This document shows, one piece after another, positions 1-9,942 of a stretch of DNA of 64,000 nucleotides. Position 1 is the stretch's first letter. Every line of letters starts with the position of its first letter. Where the stretch lies: positions 24,297 to 88,296 of IMG/VR virus record IMGVR_UViG_3300037245_003526; one strand, given 5' to 3'. The stretch comes from a virus. The position numbers and the translations under genes were made by a program. The notes under the pieces were generated by a model. That model ran no database searches. It was not told the DNA's origin and saw only the letters and a list, made by a program, of their open reading frames with translations.

Positions 1-28
1 ATTAGTACTTGAACTATTAGTAATAAAA

Positions 29-406
29 TCACTCTTTATTTTCATCTTTACTACCTTTCCAATTTGAAATTTCATCTATTTTACGTTTGGTTACTCCAGC
101 TACTACACCAGAATCTGAACCTCCATCTAAATCAGTTAATACAAAATTATTCTCTCTACAAATATGTGCTAACTGTCTATTTAATCCAAAATCCTCACAT
201 TCACATATGTGATCACCATTCTTAACTAATTCAATTCCTTCACGAACTTTTTTAAGAATTTCATCATCATCTTCTTCATCAAAATTATCATATGGCATAT
301 CTAATTCATCAAAAGACTTTAATTGGAAATCTTCTGGAATGAAAACCACATATGAGGTTGAACTACTATTAGTTATAAAATCCCCTTTAAGTTTCAAAAC
401 TTCCAC
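29..406 (-). CDS. Member 1 of the MKxKGDF(V/I)TNSSSTS N-terminal-motif paralog family (small acidic protein).
   Basis: The ORF-track start at 406 is GTG. A TTG at 395-397 preceded by AAGGAGGTG gives MKLKGDFITNSSSTSYVV, which matches the other five family members. The C-terminus is a divergent acidic region. Confidence 0.6.
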   Translation of the reverse strand: MEVLKLKGDFITNSSSTSYVVFIPEDFQLKSFDELDMPYDNFDEEDDDEILKKVREGIELVKNGDHICECEDFGLNRQLAHICRENNFVLTDLDGGSDSGVVAGVTKRKIDEISNWKGSKDENKE

Positions 407-938
407 CTCCTTTTAAATTTCCCTTACTATCTTTTTTATTTTTTATATCCTCAAGTATATCTCCGAGAACACTATAGTACATCTTTTTGAATATCGATGA
501 AATACTATTAGCTAACCCTTTGAAGAATCTGACTATAAAATCAGTTGCTATTGACCAGAATAAACATATAGGCCAATATGCCATCCAAAAAGCTACCTTT
601 GAAAACATATCATGAAATTGAGGTACAGCATGTTCATATCCATCTCTAAGATATCTTCTCTTGATATCTTTAAGCTTAAGGTAAAACTTTATTATTGAAA
701 AAACTACAGCACCTACAAAGTATATTGATAATCCAATACCAATTGCCTTAGGATTATCCCTTATATAAGGGATAATAGTTGCATCACCAAAACCAACAAG
801 AAGTAAAGCGAATATTATAAGTGCAGCAGTTGATGGATATCCCCTTTCTTCATATACAAAATATCCAAGAAACAAAATCTCAACAGCAACCAATGACCAA
901 AACCAAAATCCTCCAAATATAAAAAATGCATACAACAT
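387..938 (-). CDS. Polytopic membrane protein, function unknown.
   Basis: 183 aa with about five hydrophobic helices. Its 3' end overlaps the start of the family member downstream of it. Confidence 0.45.
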   Translation of the reverse strand: MLYAFFIFGGFWFWSLVAVEILFLGYFVYEERGYPSTAALIIFALLLVGFGDATIIPYIRDNPKAIGIGLSIYFVGAVVFSIIKFYLKLKDIKRRYLRDGYEHAVPQFHDMFSKVAFWMAYWPICLFWSIATDFIVRFFKGLANSISSIFKKMYYSVLGDILEDIKNKKDSKGNLKGGGSFET

Positions 939-941
939 ATC

Positions 942-1961
942 TTACCATCCTTTCTTATCATAGGGACATACAAATCTATCCTTATTTAAAATTTCTCTAA
1001 AGTTTTTAAAAGACTCTCCTTCATCCCATGCCAATTTTATCATAGCTTTATTTGTAGGTACTATGTTTTTTCCATATTGATCTCTGCATCCAAAAGAGCA
1101 AGGCATTAATCTCATATCTGGTGTAACATAGCAACTCATCCTCGCAGCTTCACAACTATCAACATATAATTCTTCACTTTCTGTAAGTTCTCTTACATTA
1201 GCAACTTTATTTACGAGACAACTATCCAACCCAATTTTAAACTTACTTTTGGGTTGTTCAATTAGTCTAGCAAAAGTTTCAAATTGCAAATCGGTTGGAT
1301 GCCAGTCTAAATTCTTTCCCCTACCTTGGGGTTTAAACAGAAGAAATATCACTGCATTCAATCGTTCTACGTCAACTAGACCATCCCATACGTCATTATC
1401 CTCAATGATACTTATCACATCAGAGAATGTATATTTAGAAAATAACTGATGGATATTAGTCTTAACTCCAGCATCCATTAGACGGTTTAATGCTGAATAT
1501 GTGAAGTCTTTTTTGTACATACTTACTGCGACTGCTCCACAATATTTCTTTGATATTTCTATCTGTTCATCTGTAAGACCATTACCGCTAGTAGTATAAT
1601 TTGGAACAACTCCATTTTCTCTAGCGTATCTAAGGATTTGCTCAAAGTATTCATGATGATTAGGATCACCCCTTCCACCAAGAGCTACTTGCATGACATG
1701 ATCCTTTGATGCATGAATAAGTCTTTTAAAATCCAACAGTGACATATTGGGTTCAGAGTCATCTCCCTGATAACAAAACTCACATTTATTTTTACAATGT
1801 CCCATAATGCCTACATCTATCATACTTGGATACTCTAATGAAAATGGATCAGGTTTTCCATCTTTTCCTGAAAGTAATTCCTGGCCGGTTTTAGTGTTAA
1901 ATAGAATAACATAATCTTCATTCTCAACTTTCTTATCATAAGCAAATACAATTTTCTTCAT
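942..1961 (-). CDS. Radical SAM enzyme with a C-terminal Cys-rich, SPASM/twitch-like region.
   Basis: It has a CxxxCxxC cluster (GHCKNKCEFCYQ) and a Gly-rich GGRGDP motif. The C-terminal region carries additional Cys (DSCLVN, DSCEAARMSC, PCSFGC, FVCPY). Confidence 0.7.
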   Translation of the reverse strand: MKKIVFAYDKKVENEDYVILFNTKTGQELLSGKDGKPDPFSLEYPSMIDVGIMGHCKNKCEFCYQGDDSEPNMSLLDFKRLIHASKDHVMQVALGGRGDPNHHEYFEQILRYARENGVVPNYTTSGNGLTDEQIEISKKYCGAVAVSMYKKDFTYSALNRLMDAGVKTNIHQLFSKYTFSDVISIIEDNDVWDGLVDVERLNAVIFLLFKPQGRGKNLDWHPTDLQFETFARLIEQPKSKFKIGLDSCLVNKVANVRELTESEELYVDSCEAARMSCYVTPDMRLMPCSFGCRDQYGKNIVPTNKAMIKLAWDEGESFKNFREILNKDRFVCPYDKKGW

Positions 1962-1976
1962 AAATTATTCCTTTTC

Positions 1977-2744
1977 TTATAAGTATTCTATTGTTATAGA
2001 TTCACAAAATGGTCTTATATAATAATCAAAGTATCTCTCTTTATCAACATCTTCTGTAGTCAAAAGTTTAATCATTGTTTCTGAAATTTCAATATCTCCA
2101 TAAGCTTTTAAGAATATATTGAATTTACCTTTTGCCCCAGGAATACAAAATAACTTAACATTTTCACTATTCAAAATTTCATCCTTAATTTTCTGCATTG
2201 CTTCAAATACTACTACATTCGGTTTACCCTTAACTCCAAAAGCTAACTTCTTTAACATTTTATCCATTTCTGAATATCTATTAGGCACCCCCTTTATTAT
2301 TACATTATTATAATGAGTTGAAATATATCTTTGTCTATCAGATGAGATAACCATTAGATCATAATTCGCTTGCATATCAATAGAAATAAAGTTATCAGTA
2401 GTTTCCTTTAGAGTTCTTTTAACAATAATTCCATCATAAGCTCTTAAAATTAAATCATCTTCTGAAACATTATTTCTTAAAATATATTCCGAAATAGTAG
2501 AATTAGTGATATTCCTCAAAGCTGGGATAAGATTAGGATGCTCTCTCATTAAAAGACCAATTTGAGTATTTCTTTTTAGTTTATCATCTTTGTCAATATT
2601 AGAAAGATCAAATCCAAGATTTTTTAAAAGTCTGTAGTGACAGGAAGAAATATCATATAAGTAAACATCTTTTTGGACTAATTTGCATGTTGGATTTATG
2701 TCCATAATCCTTTTCCCCATTGATGGGTGAGTAATAGTGCTCAC
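1977..2744 (-). CDS. Hypothetical protein.
   Basis: Long ORF in an operon context. No recognisable motif. Confidence 0.4.
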   Translation of the reverse strand: MSTITHPSMGKRIMDINPTCKLVQKDVYLYDISSCHYRLLKNLGFDLSNIDKDDKLKRNTQIGLLMREHPNLIPALRNITNSTISEYILRNNVSEDDLILRAYDGIIVKRTLKETTDNFISIDMQANYDLMVISSDRQRYISTHYNNVIIKGVPNRYSEMDKMLKKLAFGVKGKPNVVVFEAMQKIKDEILNSENVKLFCIPGAKGKFNIFLKAYGDIEISETMIKLLTTEDVDKERYFDYYIRPFCESITIEYL

Positions 2745-2761
2745 CCATCAATATTAACTAT

Positions 2762-3526
2762 CTACCCATAGGTAGTTAGATGCATGAGAGCATTTTCAAT
2801 TTTCATCAAATGTCCAATATCTATTACACCTTCTCTTTTTTCCATGAACCATTTTATAGCTTCATCTTTAGTTGTGATAGATTCAATGGACTTTCTTATT
2901 TGTGCAAACTGAAGTATTAAAAGCTCAGGATCAATTGGTGCTGCTAAATTTGAAAGTATACCTGTTGTATCAGCACTAATTAATTTAACTCCCTTTTCTC
3001 TTTTCTTCATTTTAGTTCTTGCATACGGAATTAAACTTCCTTCAATATTTATACAGAAATATACAATCAAACCTGATTTCACCCCGTAACATTTCAGAAA
3101 TTTTGCATCACTCATATCATTAGTAATTATAAAACAATTGGTATATATTTCCATTGTAGTACCAGGTAAATCAAGAACAGGAAATTGATTTGCATTTTCA
3201 AATACTTTAATATTTCTTTTATCAAAACCTCGCTTATCTTTTCCCCCTTTCGGATCAGAAATAGTGAATATTAAAGTCTCGTCTGGATCAACTCCTTTAA
3301 CATTTAATCTGACATAATTTACATTATCAAAATTTTCGTTATTAGATTTAAACCATTCAGACAATGATGTAATTCCTATCTCTACAGATTCTTCTTGTAC
3401 AGGATCTGGTATAGATTCTGAAGTATCTTCTTGTCTTATTATTCCACCTGGAAGAGCTTCTTCAGAATTTTCATATGATTCAGGTGTCACATCTCCATCC
3501 TGAATCACTTGAGATAAATTATCCAT
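2762..3526 (-). CDS. Hypothetical protein with an acidic N-terminus.
   Basis: 254-aa ORF. No recognisable motif. Confidence 0.4.
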   Translation of the reverse strand: MDNLSQVIQDGDVTPESYENSEEALPGGIIRQEDTSESIPDPVQEESVEIGITSLSEWFKSNNENFDNVNYVRLNVKGVDPDETLIFTISDPKGGKDKRGFDKRNIKVFENANQFPVLDLPGTTMEIYTNCFIITNDMSDAKFLKCYGVKSGLIVYFCINIEGSLIPYARTKMKKREKGVKLISADTTGILSNLAAPIDPELLILQFAQIRKSIESITTKDEAIKWFMEKREGVIDIGHLMKIENALMHLTTYG

Positions 3527-3683
3527 TTAAAAACCTCCTTAATAAACTTGTTTAGCAGGGCAGCACGAAAATCTATTCTTACCTTGATTTATATATACTA
3601 CCCTATATTCATAACCATCCAACATGAAAATTTTTCCCTCCTTAGGTAAAGGTACTTTTTTATCTTCTTTTTTTTCTTCCTTT

Positions 3684-4070
3684 TCAACTTTCACTTCCGG
3701 TGTTTCCATTAATCTCCCTCCGATTCCATTTTTGTTTTACTTCTAAATCTTCTCTCCACTTTGCAGGATCTATATCAGTAAACGCTTCTATAGCTGCTCC
3801 AGATAATGCAAATATTTTTATTAAATATTCATAAGTCTCAACAGGTGAAGTTTTACCAGAACAAGATTCTTTATTGTAATTTAACCATGGAGGAAGTTCT
3901 CCAGAATCCCATTTTTCAACATAACTTTTCTTAGCTTTATCTAATGTAACTTCGATAAATTGTAAAAAACTTGCAATATTTAAATTTTTATCAAATTGAT
4001 AATCTCCAAATACTTTTTGTTGATATTCTCTTTCCTTTAAATATAAATCAAATAAAGTTCCTCTATCCAT
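3684..4070 (-). CDS. Hypothetical protein.
   Basis: 128-aa ORF. Confidence 0.35.
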   Translation of the reverse strand: MDRGTLFDLYLKEREYQQKVFGDYQFDKNLNIASFLQFIEVTLDKAKKSYVEKWDSGELPPWLNYNKESCSGKTSPVETYEYLIKIFALSGAAIEAFTDIDPAKWREDLEVKQKWNRREINGNTGSES

Positions 4071-4084
4071 TTTTAATCTCCTTT

Positions 4085-4336
4085 CTACATTTTAAGAACC
4101 AAACCTACATATCTATTATCAAGGTTTGTAATTGCTTTATTAACTTCTCCGACATTTTGAAAATCAATATAAATACTTTTATCATTATCTAAAGGAACAG
4201 TATAAACTTTATAGAATATAATTCTATTTCTAATTTGTTTATAATGAGATATGTTATTCATATTGATCCTTTGATCACCAACCCTGATAAAATCCTTTTC
4301 TTTATCAGGGTTTTCTTTTTGTACAAAGTTTTCCAT
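4085..4336 (-). CDS. Hypothetical small protein.
   Basis: 83-aa ORF. Confidence 0.3.
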   Translation of the reverse strand: MENFVQKENPDKEKDFIRVGDQRINMNNISHYKQIRNRIIFYKVYTVPLDNDKSIYIDFQNVGEVNKAITNLDNRYVGLVLKM

Positions 4337-4344
4337 AGATTCAC

Positions 4345-5478
4345 CTATTCATTATAAACATAATCCTTTGCCATGATTTCTGATTTATACTTCTCTCTCT
4401 TACGAATTGATACTCCAACTTCTCCTGGACCGGGTTGAAATAATACGAGTCTGTCCCATTTAATCTTCTTACCTTTTTGGACATAATCACTTTCCCATGT
4501 ACAATTTTTCAACCATGTTGGAATCCTCCCTGTATCATGTTTCATAAAAGCAAGCTCGGTAACTCTTGTTGCAAACCTTAGATTAGGAACAATTGTATAA
4601 TTCCATAATCTTCTTTCTTTTGTAAGTCTGACAAGATTCTCTTGACTACTCTCAACTTTAGGATAGGAATCATTATAGTCAGGAACGTCTATATGTACTT
4701 CAAGAGATTTAAACTTTACAGATTTACCATCTGCTTTCATTGATTTACCCCGATCTTTAGGTTTTCCTTCTTCCTCAGTTTCAGGATATTCAATTCCTTC
4801 AGAAATCATTCTTTTCATCTGAGCGAAATTATCTTTCGCTTGTTCAGTCAATCTCTCAATAAGAACCTTTGTTATAAAATAATGATGACCATAAAATGTT
4901 TGCCATCTTGCAGGATGAACAAAATCTTTGAAAACCAGTCTGTTTCCTGTAAATAGTTCATTTTCATTAAGGAAACTATTTTCGCTTCTGGTTGGATCCC
5001 ATTGAATTGTTTTCCACCCTTCGTACCAGTTACCATCTGGAGCAGTTACAGAGAATGATCTTGGTACTCCCCTCACTCCATCTTCTATAACATTATCATC
5101 ATTAATCCTCAGGCCAAATGAAAATACTTCCTTGTTAGAAACAAGACTTAAAATTGGACCATTCCTATTTCCTTCAGATACAACTTTAATACCTTCAGTT
5201 ATAGTTTTTGGTCTCATGCTCTTATAAAAAGGAATATTTACATGAGCATGTCTATAGGCAAGAGTGGATAAGAAACATGCTAAATCCAAATCAGTACCAA
5301 CAAACACTCCATCTCTAAGAGCAGGTGCAGGTTTTCTTTTATAAAGATCATAAACCCACCAGTTAGAAACTTCACTTATAATCAGATCCGGATGGATTCC
5401 CCGGTCTAAAACTTTTTGCATAACACCATGATCAAGTACATTTTTGTGCGTTTTTGCTACAGATTTTTTTTCAGTCAT
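4345..5478 (-). CDS. Hypothetical protein downstream of the RNAP beta/beta-prime pair. It may be RNAP-associated.
   Basis: 377-aa ORF in the same operon direction as RNAP set 1. No motif. Confidence 0.4.
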   Translation of the reverse strand: MTEKKSVAKTHKNVLDHGVMQKVLDRGIHPDLIISEVSNWWVYDLYKRKPAPALRDGVFVGTDLDLACFLSTLAYRHAHVNIPFYKSMRPKTITEGIKVVSEGNRNGPILSLVSNKEVFSFGLRINDDNVIEDGVRGVPRSFSVTAPDGNWYEGWKTIQWDPTRSENSFLNENELFTGNRLVFKDFVHPARWQTFYGHHYFITKVLIERLTEQAKDNFAQMKRMISEGIEYPETEEEGKPKDRGKSMKADGKSVKFKSLEVHIDVPDYNDSYPKVESSQENLVRLTKERRLWNYTIVPNLRFATRVTELAFMKHDTGRIPTWLKNCTWESDYVQKGKKIKWDRLVLFQPGPGEVGVSIRKREKYKSEIMAKDYVYNE

Positions 5479-5496
5479 TTTTCATTTCCCTTTCAT

Positions 5497-6351
5497 TTAA
5501 AAATAGTTATTAGAATTAAAACCACCATTTATACCCTTATACATCATTGCTACAGCTTCACTTGTGTGAATACTTTCTTCATGTACACATTTGACAATCC
5601 AGTCAGTTACTTTATCATTACTATTTAAACCTTGCGCTATTGCTCTAATAGCGTCCTCAACAAACATCGGATTTTTCCATGCATGTTTAGCAATTGTCAT
5701 TTCATCTTCTCTTTTGATAATAGGATATGGAAGAACCTTAACTGCTTTTTCTACTATATCAACAATATCCTCCAACCATAATGGACCTTTTAGATGATGA
5801 GGATGTCCCTCTACAAGAACATTAGCAAATGATCTTTGTGCATGAGGTGCAGCTCCACGACCTTTTCGAGCAAGGTACATTACTAACTCTTTACTACATG
5901 GACAATATGACGCATATTGAACTCTAACTCCTTGAAAGAATTTAAATTCATCTTCATCCAAAAGTTGTCCTTCAAACTTACAATCATAAAATAATGGAAA
6001 CTCATTATCAGATTTTATTGACTGTTTTATAATTGGTAACTTAAAGTCAAATCTCATATAAACATGATCAGTTTCTAAATTATCCCTAAGATCTTTTAAA
6101 ATATTAAGGATTAATGATTGCTTCAATGGTTCATCAAGATACCCACGTAAAGTTCGTATGCATCTTGACATTGAAATACCCTTTATGTTAGATTCTAAAC
6201 TTGCCCTCATAGAAACATTGGCAACCATATTTCTATAGTTGCCGTTTCTAGATTGTAACATAAACGGAACTTCAACATTTTCAACTCCAACCTGTTGAAT
6301 TGGAATTTTTACTTCAGGTTCGCTTTGTTGAATATCCGGTAAATCGCTCAT
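5497..6351 (-). CDS. Hypothetical protein.
   Basis: 284-aa ORF immediately downstream of RNAP beta. Confidence 0.4.
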   Translation of the reverse strand: MSDLPDIQQSEPEVKIPIQQVGVENVEVPFMLQSRNGNYRNMVANVSMRASLESNIKGISMSRCIRTLRGYLDEPLKQSLILNILKDLRDNLETDHVYMRFDFKLPIIKQSIKSDNEFPLFYDCKFEGQLLDEDEFKFFQGVRVQYASYCPCSKELVMYLARKGRGAAPHAQRSFANVLVEGHPHHLKGPLWLEDIVDIVEKAVKVLPYPIIKREDEMTIAKHAWKNPMFVEDAIRAIAQGLNSNDKVTDWIVKCVHEESIHTSEAVAMMYKGINGGFNSNNYF

Positions 6352-6492
6352 ATCACCTCCTTATTTTTTTTCTCTTAAAAAGACTTTTAATTTCATTTCT
6401 AAAATGTTTAGAAATAATTGAAAGTGTAATTAAAAGAATACCAATAAATCCTACTTCATTCTTCATTAATTCAATAAATTCCATTTTATATC

Positions 6493-9400
6493 CTACCTTT
6501 CTACACCTATGGCTTTTAAATAAGCATTTAATAATCTTACAGACTCTGGAATTATAGATTGTTCTTTATCATCTTTCATAAAATCAGAATCTATCTTTGT
6601 CCTTATAAACTCATTTTTCAAATCAATACAATCACTCTTAGTAGTTAGAAACTCAAACAAATTTGCAGAAGCATCATGACCTGTTAAACACGCCATTTCC
6701 ATTTCTCCGCTTCTTTGACCTCCACCATGTTTTCTTCCTGCTAAAGGTTGTAATGTTTTTCTTGCATATGATCCTATTCCTCTAGCTGATAATCTTGTTT
6801 CAGAAATATGAACCATTTTGAAAAAGTACATATAACCTACAGCTATTCTATTCTTAATAATTTCTTTTGCTATAGGTTCGTACACTTCTCTTTTGAATTC
6901 AGTATTTGTATATTCAAGTGCTTTTCTGGTAACATCTAAGTCTACTGATTCAAATGGTGGTTGAATTAAAACAATACTATCAATAAACTTCTCAGTAATT
7001 TCTCCTGGAAGCTGTTGATTAAATTGTTCATAATACCATCCACCATCGGTTCTGTCAATAATTTTGATATAATTAAGTAAGTATAATTTTAACATTTTTT
7101 GTATTTGAGCATCATCTAATCCTTCAACTCTTTTAATTTTTCTATCAAGAATTAATTTCATATATTTTCTTAAATCAGAAAGTGACATAGCTAAATGTAA
7201 TTCATAAAGCTGTCCAATATTCATTCTGCTGATGATACCCAGAGGGTTTATACATATATCAACATGACGACCATCAGGTAATTGTGGCATTTTTTCATGA
7301 GGAACAATTGTTGAAATTACTCCCTTATTTCCATGTCTGTTTCCAACTTTATCACCAACCTGAATAGGTCTGAAAAATATTGCGAATAACTCTACGAAAA
7401 TTCCATTAATTTTTTCATTCTTAATTTTGAATTTTCCTATGTTTGCATGTGTGTCTAATTCATTATCTTTGATAAACTTTATTGCTTCTTTTTTAGGAAG
7501 GTGTTCTGATATTACCCTTCGTAAATCAGTCTCTTTCTCTTGCTGATCTGTAATTTTTTTCTCTACCCATTCTTTATATTCAGGAACATCTTCATTCCAT
7601 TCATTAGCAAATATATTACACTCTGTGATATACAAATTTTTTCTTGCATATAAATTCTTTTCCTGTTTGAAAATATCAAGAAACTCTTGCTGATTAGAAG
7701 GTATAGTTTTTATAATGGCATATGTATCATCCTTTTTAATTCTATCCTCTCTAGTAGGTAGTGGTTTAAAAACATTTTTATCCAAACTTAATAAGAGTTT
7801 ATGAGGTGGAATTGTAAATGACAAATCCATATAATGTACTGATGTAAGTACATTATCATCTCTTAGTCTTTCAGATATTACTATACCATCCTCATAGTTA
7901 TAACCGTACCACTCCATTACAGCAGTAAGTAAATTTTTTCCAATATTAATCTTATTGTCAGTACAATAATTACTCTCTGCTATTATCTGACCTTTACTTA
8001 CTTTGTCACCAAATTTGACATAAATTTTTAAGACATCAAGATTTGAAATATATATCTTTCTATAAGATATATTAAAAATATCTACTTCTTCATTATCATA
8101 AGCAAGAATTAGATATTTTTCATCTAAATAAACTACTTCACCATCCTCCTTTGCAACTTTAACAAACTGTGTTTTATCAGTATATAATCCTTCGCAACCA
8201 GATTGAATCATTGGTACATCAAAATTTTGTAACATGATTGCTTGTCTCATTTGTGATGATGCCATTTGAAGTCTGGTTTGATCATCGTGCTCTAAAAAAG
8301 GAACCATTGAAACTGGAATTGAAATTGGTTGCTTTTCAAGATATTCATTTGTAAAACGTAAATTTTCATCTAACGGAACATTTGGAATTAAGTTTTGTAA
8401 CACTCCACAATTTTCCCTATCAGGAGTATCCACCGGACAAATTCTACCAAACATTGTATCATTAATATCTCGTAAATGCTCAGGTACATTTTGTTTATTA
8501 AAACCTCCAGGACCAACTAAACTCGTTCTACTTAACTTTGTGAGTTCTTCTATTGGATTTATGGAAAAGTCAAATTGAATTATATCTGAAACATTACATT
8601 CTGAAAGAATTTGTGTAGAATTTACATTAAACTTTGGTTGTCTGGCAGTTCTATTAGTAATACAGAAATCGAAGATTATTTTACTTACCTTTGATAATAT
8701 CATATATTCAAAACAACGTATTCTCTTGTTCTGCATGTCTGTATCATCAAAACCTCCAGATTCCATTGTATAGATTAATTCATCAAGAACAGAATCAGTA
8801 TGAAAAAACCTTGAAGTCATAACATCACACTTCATAATAAGGTCTAATGCAAAAACTAAATCTTCACCCTTACCTTTGGCATTATATTTTGAATAATGTC
8901 TTCCTAACTCTTTAATAATATCATCTTGTGAAGTTCTCTTATTTTCATCATAAAAATCTAAAATATCTTTTAAGAAAGCACCATACATTCCATCATTACT
9001 AAAACTATCAGAATTCAAAGAAGATAGTTTAAATTTATTATTCATTTCCTCTACACCAAAATAAGCAAACATTACTAAATGTAAAGGAACCTTTCTTCCT
9101 AAAATACTAATATAAGTATATGGTGAATCTTTTCTATCTTCAAAAACCATTATTTGAGTAACGTTGGTTCTAAGTTTTATACTCTTTCCTCTTGTAACAA
9201 CTGGAATATCAAAAAACTGAAACTGAGGAATTTTTTTCCTGCCATTTATAATTATATAATTATTATCAATAAGTTTTGGAATTTGTATTGATAAATTTAT
9301 TAAAGACGTCCCTTTCTGAAGTCTAATTGATAATGTTTTTTTCAATGTTCTGCTTATATCACCTGTAGAAAATCTTGGTTCCTTAAATTCACATTCCACA

Positions 9401-9552
9401 ACTTCAAAACCAATATCAGCCACAGGTGCTATAATCACTTTAATATCTTCTAATAAAGAACTATATTCATTAGCTCTTATATCAAAAATATTCTTCTCTG
9501 CAAGTTTATAAACTGGATTAGCTATATTCAAAAGTACTCCTCCTTTCAACAA
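6493..9552 (-). CDS. Multisubunit RNA polymerase beta-subunit homolog (set 1).
   Basis: It carries GDKVGNRHGNKGVIS (the beta C-terminal catalytic-region signature) and MASSQMRQA (an NMQRQA-like motif). 1019 aa. Confidence 0.8.
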   Translation of the reverse strand: MLKGGVLLNIANPVYKLAEKNIFDIRANEYSSLLEDIKVIIAPVADIGFEVVECEFKEPRFSTGDISRTLKKTLSIRLQKGTSLINLSIQIPKLIDNNYIIINGRKKIPQFQFFDIPVVTRGKSIKLRTNVTQIMVFEDRKDSPYTYISILGRKVPLHLVMFAYFGVEEMNNKFKLSSLNSDSFSNDGMYGAFLKDILDFYDENKRTSQDDIIKELGRHYSKYNAKGKGEDLVFALDLIMKCDVMTSRFFHTDSVLDELIYTMESGGFDDTDMQNKRIRCFEYMILSKVSKIIFDFCITNRTARQPKFNVNSTQILSECNVSDIIQFDFSINPIEELTKLSRTSLVGPGGFNKQNVPEHLRDINDTMFGRICPVDTPDRENCGVLQNLIPNVPLDENLRFTNEYLEKQPISIPVSMVPFLEHDDQTRLQMASSQMRQAIMLQNFDVPMIQSGCEGLYTDKTQFVKVAKEDGEVVYLDEKYLILAYDNEEVDIFNISYRKIYISNLDVLKIYVKFGDKVSKGQIIAESNYCTDNKINIGKNLLTAVMEWYGYNYEDGIVISERLRDDNVLTSVHYMDLSFTIPPHKLLLSLDKNVFKPLPTREDRIKKDDTYAIIKTIPSNQQEFLDIFKQEKNLYARKNLYITECNIFANEWNEDVPEYKEWVEKKITDQQEKETDLRRVISEHLPKKEAIKFIKDNELDTHANIGKFKIKNEKINGIFVELFAIFFRPIQVGDKVGNRHGNKGVISTIVPHEKMPQLPDGRHVDICINPLGIISRMNIGQLYELHLAMSLSDLRKYMKLILDRKIKRVEGLDDAQIQKMLKLYLLNYIKIIDRTDGGWYYEQFNQQLPGEITEKFIDSIVLIQPPFESVDLDVTRKALEYTNTEFKREVYEPIAKEIIKNRIAVGYMYFFKMVHISETRLSARGIGSYARKTLQPLAGRKHGGGQRSGEMEMACLTGHDASANLFEFLTTKSDCIDLKNEFIRTKIDSDFMKDDKEQSIIPESVRLLNAYLKAIGVER

Positions 9553-9932
9553 TCATGACCCCTTGAGTGTATAAGAAAATTCATCTCACTGTATTCTCTT
9601 GCTATTTTTCTCCTAATATTTTGCTCTATATTTTTTCTAACGCGTTCATAAAAATACTTTTCAGCATCGTATCCAAAAATAATATCACCTTCTTTAGTAA
9701 CCATATGAATTTTAGCAATAAGAATTTTTACATTAATTTTTTGCATAAGTGTTTGTATCAACGTAGCTGAAATATCAGGAGATAGAGCAGCAGAAAAAGA
9801 TATTATTAAAACTTCTGGTTCTAAAGATAATACCGCAATCTCAGAAACTATAGATTGATATATACCATTTTCTATAATCTGTATTTTAGTAGAACAATGT
9901 TCCTTAATTATTTTTTTAATTTTTTCAATCAT
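9546..9932 (-). CDS. Small hypothetical protein between RNAP beta-prime and beta.
   Basis: The ORF-track start at 10112 overlaps beta-prime by 170 nt. An internal Met (MIEKIKK) preceded by AGGGGAGATTTT at about 9932 is a more plausible start. Confidence 0.35.
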   Translation of the reverse strand: MIEKIKKIIKEHCSTKIQIIENGIYQSIVSEIAVLSLEPEVLIISFSAALSPDISATLIQTLMQKINVKILIAKIHMVTKEGDIIFGYDAEKYFYERVRKNIEQNIRRKIAREYSEMNFLIHSRGHDC

Positions 9933-9942
9933 AAAATCTCCC

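Noticed and set aside
3527-3709. Possible 56-aa minus-strand ORF (METPEVKVEKEEKK...CCPAKQVY) in the gap between 2762-3526 and 3684-4070.
   Set aside because: It would overlap the 3' end of the upstream gene by about 26 nt. It is low-complexity (K/E-rich) and has no clear ribosome-binding site. It is kept only as a note.
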